From contig DAPZRL010000004.1 of the NCBI GenBank assembly GCA_037465765.1, forward strand, positions 569 to 64,568: 64,000 bases of DNA, given 5' to 3'. Of the stretch, positions 28,792 through 38,143 are shown one piece after another. This stretch comes from Candidatus Ruminococcus ruminiciens (GTDB taxonomy: Bacteria; Bacillota; Clostridia; Oscillospirales; Ruminococcaceae). The position numbers and the translations under genes were made by a program. Within the stretch, counting starts at the first letter, position 1. The number at the start of each line of letters is the position of its first letter. The notes under the pieces were generated by a model. That model did no database searches and was not told where the DNA came from. It worked only from the letters and a program-made list of their open reading frames with translations.

Positions 28792-30210
28792 ATGAAAATA
28801 TCAAAGAAAATTATTGCATTAATACTGACATTTGCAACCGTTGTTACACCCTTTACTTGTTCTGCTCATGCGATTGAGGAGAATGCAGGCACTCTTTCTA
28901 AAGAAACTACAAACTTCTACGATTATTGGAAAGAAAAATATCTTGCACAAGACCCCTACATTAAGAACGAAAATCAGTACTATGTATTCTATGGCGAACA
29001 GACCTACACCGAAGCGGGCTATGAGGTTGCAGTCACTGTTTCCGAAGCGCACGGTTATGGAATGCTTATTGCGGCGGCTATGTCGGAATATGACAATGAA
29101 GCAAAGGAAATTTTTGACGGTATGTACCGTTATTACAAGACGCATCTTAGTGATATCGCTCCAAATCTAATGGCGTGGCAGCAGACTGATAATGGCGCTG
29201 CAATTGTTAATTCCTCCGGCGCTGATTCAGCAACGGACGGCGATATGGATATCGCATATGCGCTGCTCATGGCAGATAATGTCTGGGGCAGTGACGGCGA
29301 GATAAATTATAAACAGGTTGCGGTAGATGTGATCAATGACATCATGACCTATGAAGTTAATAAAACTGATTGGGTATTGCAGCTTGGCGACTGGGCATAT
29401 GAAACAAATGAGGGTGATCAATACTATGCCGCTACTCGGTCTTCGGATTTCATTGTACAGTATATGCCTGTTTTTGCTGAAGCCACTGGAGATGAACGCT
29501 GGCTGACGCTGTATGAAAACACTTACAGTATTATAAATAAAATAGTAAATGACTATGGCACGGGTATCATTCCGGATTTTATAATCAAGGACAATTCTAC
29601 AGGAGAATTCATTCCGTCTCCCGCCAATTTTCTTGAAGGTGAAAACGACGGCAACTACTACTATAATGCCTGCCGTACTCCATGGCGAATAAGCATGGAC
29701 TACCTCATAAACGGAAATGACGATGCAAAAAGATTTTCCGATGTCTTAAACGCCTTTATTATCAAAGAAACCGGCGGCGATCCGATGAATATAATGGCAG
29801 GCTATACTCCTAATGGAACAGCGGTTTCAGACTGGAATGATCTGTGTTTTAATGCGCCGTTTATGGTGTCGGCAGCTTGCAGTGAAGATAATACATGGCA
29901 CGATAGAGTGCGCAATATGTGCCTGAATTACGGTGAGGACGTGTATTATGGCGATACCATAACTATGCTTTGCTTAATTGTTGATGACGGTGGCTGGATT
30001 GTACCGCAAGTCCATAATACTTCCGTTCGCGGCGACATCAACTCAGACGGAGAATTTAATATATCCGATGCAGTACTCCTCCAGAAATGGATTTTGGCTG
30101 AACCGAACGCTAAGCTTGCTGACTGGAAAGCCGCTGATTTATGCGAGGACGGAAAACTTGATGTATTCGACCTTTGCATGATGAAACGTATGCTGGTTGC
30201 AAAAAGCTAA
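28792..30210 (+). CDS. Secreted GH8 glycoside hydrolase (chitosanase/lichenase-like) with dockerin
   Basis: Signal peptide; TVSEAHGYGM, SATDGDMDIAYAL, TRSSDF, YYYNACRTPWR; C-terminal dockerin; ATG 28792 after AAAGGTGG. Confidence 0.9.
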   Translation: MKISKKIIALILTFATVVTPFTCSAHAIEENAGTLSKETTNFYDYWKEKYLAQDPYIKNENQYYVFYGEQTYTEAGYEVAVTVSEAHGYGMLIAAAMSEYDNEAKEIFDGMYRYYKTHLSDIAPNLMAWQQTDNGAAIVNSSGADSATDGDMDIAYALLMADNVWGSDGEINYKQVAVDVINDIMTYEVNKTDWVLQLGDWAYETNEGDQYYAATRSSDFIVQYMPVFAEATGDERWLTLYENTYSIINKIVNDYGTGIIPDFIIKDNSTGEFIPSPANFLEGENDGNYYYNACRTPWRISMDYLINGNDDAKRFSDVLNAFIIKETGGDPMNIMAGYTPNGTAVSDWNDLCFNAPFMVSAACSEDNTWHDRVRNMCLNYGEDVYYGDTITMLCLIVDDGGWIVPQVHNTSVRGDINSDGEFNISDAVLLQKWILAEPNAKLADWKAADLCEDGKLDVFDLCMMKRMLVAKS

Positions 30211-30237
30211 AAACTCTCTATCTGCACAATAAGAGAG
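30031..30237 (+). repeat. Dockerin direct repeat, copy 2 (207 bp)
   Basis: Offset 2583 bp from copy 1; 2 mismatches. Confidence 0.97.
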
Positions 30238-30256
30238 AATATATAGGGGACAAATC

Positions 30257-30297
30257 AAAAAGCGCCGCAGGAAAAATCAATCCTGTGGCGCTTTTTA
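30257..30297. terminator. Bidirectional terminator between GH8 and ispE
   Basis: AAAAAGCGCCGCAGGA...TCCTGTGGCGCTTTTT. Confidence 0.8.
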
Positions 30298-30310
30298 TTA
30301 GTATTACTTT

Positions 30311-31192
30311 TTACTCCTTAGTCGATTTTATAAATGATTTCGGGACAGTTTTGCATACTGACGCAAAAAAATCGGCTTCTTTCAATGAATATGCACATTT
30401 TTCCGCAGCCTCATGGTTCTTGAACATCCCGAAAACAGCCGAACCGCTGCCCGTCATACAAGCAGCCTGCGCTCCGCAGGAGAGCATTTCAGACTTGATC
30501 GTATCGACCTCGTCAAGCCGAATTGCCTGTTCAAAGAGATTGCCGACATAGCGGAAGGCTTCGTCCGGATATGCGTTTATTGCTTGAACAAGTCTATTAG
30601 TCTGAGGATGAATTGGGTTTATAAGAGCGTCAATATTTTTGTAAGCTTCGGCAGTAGAAACGCCTTGAACGCCTTTTGCAATAACAAGATGATATCCTGA
30701 AAAATTGGTAAGGGAAACGATTTTATCGCCTATACCGCCAACGTAAGCCGTACCTCCCGTAAAGAAGAACGGAACGTCCGCGCCAAGCTTTTTTCCTATT
30801 TCCGCAAGCTCGTCAGTATTAAGATCTTTGCCTGTCAGCTCGTTAAGACAATACAGAACGGCAGCAGCGTCTGTGCTTCCGCCGCCCATGCCTGCCTGAG
30901 AGGGGATTCCTTTTTTTATATGAATACGGCATCCGCCGTTGATTCCGACAGCCTCAAAGAATTGCCTTGCCGCTTTGTAAGCGATATTGCGTTCATCGCA
31001 GGGGATAGGGTCAGCAGAAGAAAATTCCGGCGGCAGTTCGCAGGAAACGCTGATTTTGTCGTCAAGTTCTACCGTTATCTCATCGTAAATTCCTACAGTT
31101 TGAAATACGCTTTCAATGGCATGGTAGCCGTTTTCAAGCTTTTCGACAACATCCAAAGCAAGATTTATTTTAGCGGCAGTCTTGATTTTCAT
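30311..31192 (-). CDS. ispE: 4-diphosphocytidyl-2-C-methyl-D-erythritol kinase
   Basis: AKINLAL, IP.QAGMGGGSTDAA, GADVPFF, MTGSGS. Confidence 0.96.
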   Translation of the reverse strand: MKIKTAAKINLALDVVEKLENGYHAIESVFQTVGIYDEITVELDDKISVSCELPPEFSSADPIPCDERNIAYKAARQFFEAVGINGGCRIHIKKGIPSQAGMGGGSTDAAAVLYCLNELTGKDLNTDELAEIGKKLGADVPFFFTGGTAYVGGIGDKIVSLTNFSGYHLVIAKGVQGVSTAEAYKNIDALINPIHPQTNRLVQAINAYPDEAFRYVGNLFEQAIRLDEVDTIKSEMLSCGAQAACMTGSGSAVFGMFKNHEAAEKCAYSLKEADFFASVCKTVPKSFIKSTKE

Positions 31193-32375
31193 AATGTTCA
31201 GCCTCTATCTTTTTCAGGAAGTTCTCGATTCGTTTCATTGCTTCCATAAGGTGTTTGAGAGAATAGGCATAGGAAATTCGGATATAGCCTTCTCCGCTGC
31301 TGCCAAAAGCGCTTCCGGGAACTGCGGCAACTTTTTCTTCATAGAGAAGACGTTCGCAGAATTCTTCACTGGTCATGCCTGTGCTTTTAATGCACGGGAA
31401 TACATAGAACGCACCCTCAGGATTAAAACAGTGCAGACCAAGACGGTTGAATTCGCTGACAAGATAGCGGCGGCGTATGTTATATTCGTCAGTCATTTTT
31501 GAAATTTCGGAATCGCATGAAGTAAGCGCTTCAACAGCGGCATTCTGGCTTATATATGGACTGCACATGATTCCGTACTGATGAATTTTCGCGATCTGTG
31601 AGATTATCGGTTCGGGAGCGGCGACATATCCGAGTCTCCAGCCTGTCATAGCGTAGGCTTTTGAGAATCCATTGACGTATATCGTTCGTTCGCTCATGCC
31701 CTCAAGCTCGATGATAGAGCAGTGGCGCCTGCCGTATGTAAGCTCGGAATAGATCTCATCCGAAAGAACTATAATATTTGTATCACGCAAAAATTCTGCT
31801 ATAGGCTCAAGATCTTCGCGCGTCATGATCGCTCCGGTGGGATTGTTGGGGAACGGCAGAATAAGCAGCTTTGTGCGTTCGGTCACCTTGTTTTTTAAAT
31901 CTTCAACAGTGAGCTTGAAGTTGTTTTCAATTTTAGTTGGAACAGAAATTGCAACTCCGCCCGTAAGCTCGACAAGAGGAGCATAGCAGACAAAACTCGG
32001 CTCAACGACGAGAACCTCATCTCCCGGATTGATAAGTCCTCTTATAGCAAGATCAATAGCTTCTGAACCTCCGACGGTTACAATGATCTCGTCTGAAGGA
32101 TGATATTCAATGCCATGCTTTTTTTTGATATGGATGCTGAGAGCGTTTCTAAGCGGTTCAAGTCCCTTGTTTGGACCGTAGACAATGTGCTTGCGTTCAA
32201 GGACCTGAATAGCCGCCTTTCTTATTACCCATGGCGTGGAAAAATCGGGTTCTCCGACTCCAAGACTTATAACGCCGTCCATAGTTCCTGCTATGTCAAA
32301 AAATTTGCGTATTCCCGACGGTTTCATTTTTTTTACTTTTTCGGAAAGGACCTTATCATAATCTATCACGATCAA
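31170..32375 (-). CDS. Class I/II PLP-dependent aminotransferase
   Basis: LGVGEPDF, PNNPTG, SDEIY, SKAYAMTGWRLGY. Confidence 0.95.
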   Translation of the reverse strand: MIVIDYDKVLSEKVKKMKPSGIRKFFDIAGTMDGVISLGVGEPDFSTPWVIRKAAIQVLERKHIVYGPNKGLEPLRNALSIHIKKKHGIEYHPSDEIIVTVGGSEAIDLAIRGLINPGDEVLVVEPSFVCYAPLVELTGGVAISVPTKIENNFKLTVEDLKNKVTERTKLLILPFPNNPTGAIMTREDLEPIAEFLRDTNIIVLSDEIYSELTYGRRHCSIIELEGMSERTIYVNGFSKAYAMTGWRLGYVAAPEPIISQIAKIHQYGIMCSPYISQNAAVEALTSCDSEISKMTDEYNIRRRYLVSEFNRLGLHCFNPEGAFYVFPCIKSTGMTSEEFCERLLYEEKVAAVPGSAFGSSGEGYIRISYAYSLKHLMEAMKRIENFLKKIEAEHYENQDCR

Positions 32376-32845
32376 CCCAGACCCCTTTCGTCAGGCTCTT
32401 CGCCGTTAATAAAAATTCCTTTTTCTTTATATTTTTTAAGAATAAAATGAGTAGCGGTGGAGAGAACTCCGTCAATTGTCGACAGACGTTCAGATACGAA
32501 AAGCGCAACGTCTTTAAGATTATTTCCTTTGACCTCGACAGCGAGGTCGTAAGCGCCGGACATAAGGCTTACGGATTCTACTTCGTCGTACATCATTACG
32601 GTCTTTGCGATATCGTCAAATCCACAGTCGCGCTGAGGCGCAACTTTAAGCTCGATTGTCGCATAAACAGTGGAGTTATCGTAAAGCTCATCGTCAACGA
32701 TAACGCTGTAGCCCTTGATGATACCCTGCGCTTCGAGCTTTTTGATCTCAGCGGCAGCCTCCTCCGCTGTTATTCCAAGCGCTTCGCCCAGTTCGGTATT
32801 TGATATGCGGGCGTTTTGCTGTAAAATTTTTATAATGTCGTTCAT
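32372..32845 (-). CDS. Lrp/AsnC-family regulator
   Basis: N-terminal HTH, LE..GIIKGY, SGAYDL; start revised to ATG 32845. Confidence 0.9.
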   Translation of the reverse strand: MNDIIKILQQNARISNTELGEALGITAEEAAAEIKKLEAQGIIKGYSVIVDDELYDNSTVYATIELKVAPQRDCGFDDIAKTVMMYDEVESVSLMSGAYDLAVEVKGNNLKDVALFVSERLSTIDGVLSTATHFILKKYKEKGIFINGEEPDERGLG

Positions 32846-32858
32846 AAGATCTATCCTT

Positions 32859-33704
32859 TCATAATCCGATAAAATCGGGTTTTCTTTTTTTGAAACAGCA
32901 AAGTCTTGTAAAGCCTGCTTCCGCAGCAATTCTCACTCCGTCTGCAATACCCTTGCCCAGATCCTCAACGGTGTGAGCGTCAGAGCCGACAGACAGCAGT
33001 TCTCCGCCGAGGCTGCGGAAAAGCTTAACATATTTTATAGAGGGGAAAGTATCTCCGTAGTTCTGGCGCAGTCCGGAGGTATTGATCTCAATGCCTTTGT
33101 CTTTTCGGATAAGTTCGCGAAAGCTTTCGGCGATGATCTCGTCATATCGGCTGATGTCGGCATCGATCCCAAATTCGCCTTTAATATAGCGCAGGGTATA
33201 GGTGAGATGCCCGAGAATATCAAATTTTCCCCATTTGCATAGCTCATAAATTTCCATGAAATAGCGTTCCAGAAGATTATAGATATCATTCATGGAGTAG
33301 TTTTTATAGTCTATAAAAGCGAAATCCTTTTCGTTTTTTATCTGGTGTACAGATCCGATAACGAAATCGAGACGTTTATCGGAGACAATTTTTTCCGCGA
33401 TTTCAATGTCGTGCAGAGCCTGCCCCATTTCAACGCCGCAGATAAGATCAAGTCTGTCCGAGTATTGTTCTTTCAAGGCTGTGACGGCTGAAACAGAGGC
33501 TTCAAAATCTTTTTCGTAATCAAAATCATCGGATAATACCGAACCGTTATAATGCTCTGCCGGATACCAGCAGTTGCATTCGCAGTGATCGGTGACGGCA
33601 TATGCAGCCAGTCTTAGCTCACAGGCACGGTCAAGCATTTCCTTGATGTCCGCTTCGGAATCTACGGAAAACTTCGTGTGAGTATGACAGTCGATAAGGT
33701 TCAT
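32859..33704 (-). CDS. PHP-family histidinol-phosphatase (HisJ-like)
   Basis: DCHTH, TDH, GSVH, EINTSG, GSDAH. Confidence 0.85.
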   Translation of the reverse strand: MNLIDCHTHTKFSVDSEADIKEMLDRACELRLAAYAVTDHCECNCWYPAEHYNGSVLSDDFDYEKDFEASVSAVTALKEQYSDRLDLICGVEMGQALHDIEIAEKIVSDKRLDFVIGSVHQIKNEKDFAFIDYKNYSMNDIYNLLERYFMEIYELCKWGKFDILGHLTYTLRYIKGEFGIDADISRYDEIIAESFRELIRKDKGIEINTSGLRQNYGDTFPSIKYVKLFRSLGGELLSVGSDAHTVEDLGKGIADGVRIAAEAGFTRLCCFKKRKPDFIGL

Positions 33705-33736
33705 AATATCATCTCATTTCAAATATGGTTGACTTT

Positions 33737-33803
33737 ATTTAATTATATCATATAATATAAAAAATAGCAACAGGCGCGGAGATAATTTTCCGAAATTTAT
33801 TTT
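33737..33803 (-). repeat. Duplicated promoter module, copy A
   Basis: 61/67 ungapped identity to 50870-50936; contains TTGCTA-17-TATAAT with an extended TG on the minus strand. Confidence 0.85.
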
Positions 33804-33912
33804 CGGCGTGTACAATGAGACAGATCCATGCTGCAAATATTTTTAAAAAATTTATTGCTTTTTAGCGGTGAACGTGATATAATAAATTTATCTACATATT
33901 AATGAGGTGGGA

Positions 33913-35145
33913 ATGTTGAAAGTAAACTGGAATTCCAAATATAATACGATTTCGGTATACACGGTGCTTACGTTTGCGGCTTGTCTTATCGTATATGCTT
34001 TGCTGTTCAATTTTACGATCGTTGGCAAAGTAATAAAGACATTTTTAAACGTTGCGGCGCCCATTACCTGGGGACTTGTTATCGCGTACCTTGTAAATCC
34101 CATTATGATGTGGACAGAAAGGCGTATGAAAAAGCTTACAGAAAAAAAGAAGCCGCGTCCCAGACTTACCCGAGTGATCTCACTGTTTATTGCGATGCTT
34201 GTATTTCTTGCAGTGCTTGCCGCTTTGTGTGCGATCATACTTCCGCAGGTCGTTGAAAGCATAACTACGATATTCAATAACGTTGGAACATACATAGACA
34301 ATCTTGAAAAATGGGTAAATTCCTTCCTTGCAAAGTATCCTGATCTGCTTTCTCAGGTTGACGAGAAGCTTAAAAATTTTGAAGTCGACGTTACAGGCTT
34401 TGTAAACGATTTAGTGCCGAAGATCGGGGATGTGATGAAGAAGATCACAGACAGCACTATAGGCTTCCTCATTGCTATAAAGGATTTTCTTATCGGACTT
34501 ATCGTTGCAGTTTATTTTCTTTATGATAAAGAGCATTTTCAAGCGCAGATCACAAAGCTTATCTATGCGGTTCTTCCCAAAAGAGCATCCGGCGGTTTTT
34601 TCAGGGTCTGCTCACAGACAAACAGCTCGATAAGCGGATTTATTACAGGAAAAATCATAGATTCGATAATTATTGGTATTCTTTGCTTTATCTGCATGAA
34701 TATAATGAAAATAAATTTTGCTGTGCTGATCTCTGTGATCGTAGGAGTAACAAATATCATTCCCTTTTTCGGACCGTTTATCGGGGCGATCCCCAGCGGT
34801 CTGCTGCTTTTAGTTGCCTATCCGAAGGATGTCATTCCGTTTGCGATACTGATACTTGTTATACAGCAGCTTGACGGAAACGTTATCGGTCCGAAGATAC
34901 TTGGTCAGTCTACGGGTATTTCATCCTTCTGGGTATTATTCTCTATCCTCGTCGGCGGCGGATTGTTCAATTTCCCGGGAATGGTTCTCGGAGTGCCTGT
35001 GTTTGCTGTCGTGTATTCGCTGATAAGCGAGTATATTAATTATCTTCTCAGCAAAAAGGAAATGTCAACAGTTACCAATGACTATATTCCCAAGACAGAT
35101 GAGACTGTCAATAAAGATAAGCATATTCAAGAAAATAAAAAATAA
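33913..35145 (+). CDS. AI-2E family transporter
   Basis: Multiple TMs; NIIPFFGPFIG, QQLDGNVIGPKILG. Confidence 0.9.
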   Translation: MLKVNWNSKYNTISVYTVLTFAACLIVYALLFNFTIVGKVIKTFLNVAAPITWGLVIAYLVNPIMMWTERRMKKLTEKKKPRPRLTRVISLFIAMLVFLAVLAALCAIILPQVVESITTIFNNVGTYIDNLEKWVNSFLAKYPDLLSQVDEKLKNFEVDVTGFVNDLVPKIGDVMKKITDSTIGFLIAIKDFLIGLIVAVYFLYDKEHFQAQITKLIYAVLPKRASGGFFRVCSQTNSSISGFITGKIIDSIIIGILCFICMNIMKINFAVLISVIVGVTNIIPFFGPFIGAIPSGLLLLVAYPKDVIPFAILILVIQQLDGNVIGPKILGQSTGISSFWVLFSILVGGGLFNFPGMVLGVPVFAVVYSLISEYINYLLSKKEMSTVTNDYIPKTDETVNKDKHIQENKK

Positions 35146-35165
35146 ATTTAAACGGAGGTTTTATT

Positions 35166-35435
35166 ATGAGAGCGGTTATAACTGTAATAGGAAAAGATAC
35201 TGTGGGAATACTTCATAAAGTAAGCGGTATCTGCGCAGAGTATAATGTAAATGTGATAGAAGTCACGCAGAGCGTGCTTCAGGATATGTTCGCAATGATA
35301 ATGCTGGTGGACATTTCCAATATAAACGGAGACTTTTCCGAGCTTGTCGAAAAAATGACAGCTTTGGGAACGCAGCTTGGACTTTCGATCCATACAATGC
35401 ACGAGGATATTTTCAACTCAATGCATACGATATGA
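35166..35435 (+). CDS. ACT-domain protein (UPF0237)
   Basis: ITVIGKDTVGI...EDIFNSMH; paired with the DUF711 gene. Confidence 0.88.
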   Translation: MRAVITVIGKDTVGILHKVSGICAEYNVNVIEVTQSVLQDMFAMIMLVDISNINGDFSELVEKMTALGTQLGLSIHTMHEDIFNSMHTI

Positions 35436-35477
35436 TCCCGCATATTATGAATTGGTAAAAGAGGAGTAAACCGACCT

Positions 35478-36836
35478 ATGCTTAACGCTTATAATATACT
35501 TGAAACCATAAGAATGATACAGGACGAATGTCTTGATATAAGAACGATAACAATGGGAATTTCGCTTCTTGACTGTATCGACACGGACATAGACAAAGCC
35601 TGCGAAAAGGTTTACAACAAAATTGTAAATAAAGCCTGCCGTCTCGTTTCGGTAGGCGAGCAGATCGAAACCGAGTACGGAATACCGATAATTAATAAAA
35701 GAATTTCCGTTACGCCTATAGCTATGCTTGCGGCAGCCTGCCCCGGAGAAAGCCCGGTGAAGTTTGCAATGGCGCTCCAGAAAGCTGCCGATACCTGCGG
35801 AGTAAACTTTATTGGAGGATATTCCGCATTGGTACATAAAGGCTTCAGCGCGGGCGATATGGCTCTTATCGAATCTATCCCAGAGGCTTTGGATATTACT
35901 CAAAATATATGTTCATCTGTAAATATCGGTTCGACAAAATCGGGAATAAACATGGATGCGGTAAAGCTCATGGGCAGAATTGTCAAGGAATCGGCAGAAA
36001 GAACGGCTGACCGTGACTGTATAGGTCCTGCAAAGCTTGTCGTTTTCTGCAACGCGGTTGAGGATAATCCTTTTATGGCGGGCGCATTCCATGGCGTTGG
36101 CGAACCTGACTGCGAAATTCACGTAGGTGTTTCCGGACCGGGAGTAGTACGTGCGGCATTGACAAAGTATCCGGACGCTTCAATAAATGAAATTGCAGAT
36201 ATAATTAAGAAAACCGCATTTAAGATCACTCGTATGGGTCAGCTTGTAGGCGCGCGTGCATCGGAGCTGCTCGGCGTACCTTTCGGAATCGTTGATCTTT
36301 CCCTTGCGCCGACGCCTGCTATCGGCGACAGCGTTGCTCATATTCTTGAAGAAATGGGTCTGGAAATGTGCGGAACGCATGGAACTACAGCCTGTCTTGC
36401 ATTGTTGAACGATGCTGTAAAAAAAGGCGGAGTTATGGCGTCTTCCACGGTTGGAGGACTTTCGGGAGCTTTTATTCCCGTATCGGAGGACGCGGGAATG
36501 ATAGACGCTGCCGTTGCAGGAGTTCTCAGCCTTGAAAAGCTTGAAGCAATGACTGCGGTGTGCTCTGTCGGACTTGACATGATAGTCGTTCCGGGCGAGA
36601 TATCTCCCGAGACGATCTCGGCAATAATCGCCGACGAAGCCGCTATCGGAATGGTAAATTCAAAGACTACGGCAGTACGCCTTATTCCCGCTATTGGACG
36701 AAAAGAGGGTGAAACTCTTGAATTTGGCGGACTTTTGGGCAGCGGTCCGGTTATGCCGATAAAAGAGCGTTCCTCTGCTAAATTCATAAATCGAGGCGGA
36801 AGGATTCCTGCACCGATGCAAAGTTTGAAAAACTGA
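35478..36836 (+). CDS. PFL-like UPF0210/DUF711 protein
   Basis: [31 protein letters not shown]. Confidence 0.9.
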   Translation: MLNAYNILETIRMIQDECLDIRTITMGISLLDCIDTDIDKACEKVYNKIVNKACRLVSVGEQIETEYGIPIINKRISVTPIAMLAAACPGESPVKFAMALQKAADTCGVNFIGGYSALVHKGFSAGDMALIESIPEALDITQNICSSVNIGSTKSGINMDAVKLMGRIVKESAERTADRDCIGPAKLVVFCNAVEDNPFMAGAFHGVGEPDCEIHVGVSGPGVVRAALTKYPDASINEIADIIKKTAFKITRMGQLVGARASELLGVPFGIVDLSLAPTPAIGDSVAHILEEMGLEMCGTHGTTACLALLNDAVKKGGVMASSTVGGLSGAFIPVSEDAGMIDAAVAGVLSLEKLEAMTAVCSVGLDMIVVPGEISPETISAIIADEAAIGMVNSKTTAVRLIPAIGRKEGETLEFGGLLGSGPVMPIKERSSAKFINRGGRIPAPMQSLKN

Positions 36837-37795
36837 TGCGGCTTGAAAATATTGCCTCTTTGTTTGGTATATCGAATATTTATGGGATTTCGGAAATGAA
36901 AAGCGGTCACATTAACAAAACTTATTTGGTGACCGCGGCTTCGGGGCGTTATATCCTGCAATCGCTGAACAGAGAGGTTTTTGCTTGTCCAAATTTAGTT
37001 ATGGAAAACATATCTAAAATAGAAGAAGCTTTTTCAAAACTGAAAGGCAGTTTGGTGACCGTGCCGCATTATCTTTCCGCAGGGAGCGCAAATTTTCTGG
37101 AAGCTGACGGCGAAATATGGCGTATGTACGGTTATATGGCTTCCGAAGCGCATTATGGAAGCAATTATTATTTTATTGGGATTTCTTTCGGAACGTTTAT
37201 CAAAGCGATCAATGATACAAACATGAATTTTGCCGCAGTGATAGAGGATTTTCATAATTTCAGAAAATATTATGAGAAGCTTATGAGTATTGCTCCCAAA
37301 AGAGCCGAATTGTTCAGCAGTCTTGGAAATAAGATTTATACTGTTTTTATAAAAAGTCTTCCCGTGCGAAATGTTCATAACGACGCTAAAGCCGATAATG
37401 TAATAATTGGAAGCAGATGTACTGTTATTGATCTTGATACTGCGATGCGCGGATATGCGGCGCTTGATTACGGCGATATGATCCGTTCGGTATGCAAAGG
37501 AGACGTTATGGATATGACGGCTTTAATAGAAGTGACGCGAGGATTTTCCAAGGGGCTTAATGGTTTGCTGACGAATGATGAGGTTAATTCGTTGTATTAT
37601 GGTATCCTTTGGACAGTGGGTGAGCTTTCTATGCGTTATTATATTGACGGCATTGAAAAGAAAGGATATTTTAAAGGGAAAACTCCGGAAGACTGCATTT
37701 ACCGCGGTGATGAGCTTTACGCCCAGCTCTGTGTGTTTATGGAGCGAGAAGAGGAAATTTGCAAAATAATCGGGAAAGAATTTTTCGGAAGTTAA
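36836..37795 (+). CDS. APH/N-acetylhexosamine-kinase-like phosphotransferase
   Basis: GHINKTY, YILQ, HND.K.DN, IDLDT. Confidence 0.75.
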   Translation: MRLENIASLFGISNIYGISEMKSGHINKTYLVTAASGRYILQSLNREVFACPNLVMENISKIEEAFSKLKGSLVTVPHYLSAGSANFLEADGEIWRMYGYMASEAHYGSNYYFIGISFGTFIKAINDTNMNFAAVIEDFHNFRKYYEKLMSIAPKRAELFSSLGNKIYTVFIKSLPVRNVHNDAKADNVIIGSRCTVIDLDTAMRGYAALDYGDMIRSVCKGDVMDMTALIEVTRGFSKGLNGLLTNDEVNSLYYGILWTVGELSMRYYIDGIEKKGYFKGKTPEDCIYRGDELYAQLCVFMEREEEICKIIGKEFFGS

Positions 37796-37844
37796 AATTT
37801 TACATTTATATTTTCTCTCTGTATGCAAAAAATAGATACGGGAG

Positions 37845-38063
37845 ATGATGAAAATGAACAGAAAAGAAATGGAAATTCCCGTACCCGACCCCAACCGTAA
37901 CGGACTTGAATATACGTGTCCGTCGGCTTCGTGGGGTGATATGACAGGGTTGATACCTTATGCAGCATCGGATGAGCAGCAGCTTTGCAATTATGGCGAG
38001 GTATATCCTTATCTTCCGGGACAGATACCTGACGACGTCCGCGAATTGAATAATAATCAATAA
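37845..38063 (+). CDS. Small hypothetical protein
   Basis: GGGAG RBS, intact ORF, downstream terminator hairpin at about 38071-38097. Confidence 0.55.
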   Translation: MMKMNRKEMEIPVPDPNRNGLEYTCPSASWGDMTGLIPYAASDEQQLCNYGEVYPYLPGQIPDDVRELNNNQ

Positions 38064-38143
38064 AAAATATGGCGGCACTGCTTTAAGCGGCGCCGCCGAG
38101 TTTTTTATAAAAGGTGTGCGGTTTATCCTATGAACGTAAGCTC

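Noticed and set aside
27448..30237. Diversity-generating retroelement TR/VR pair or CRISPR interpretation of the repeat
   Set aside because: Only two mismatches, in opposite directions (A/G and G/A); both copies are coding; no reverse transcriptase, cas genes or spacer array in the window.
30174..30551. 125-aa plus-strand ORF after GH8
   Set aside because: Crosses a terminator and runs antisense to ispE.
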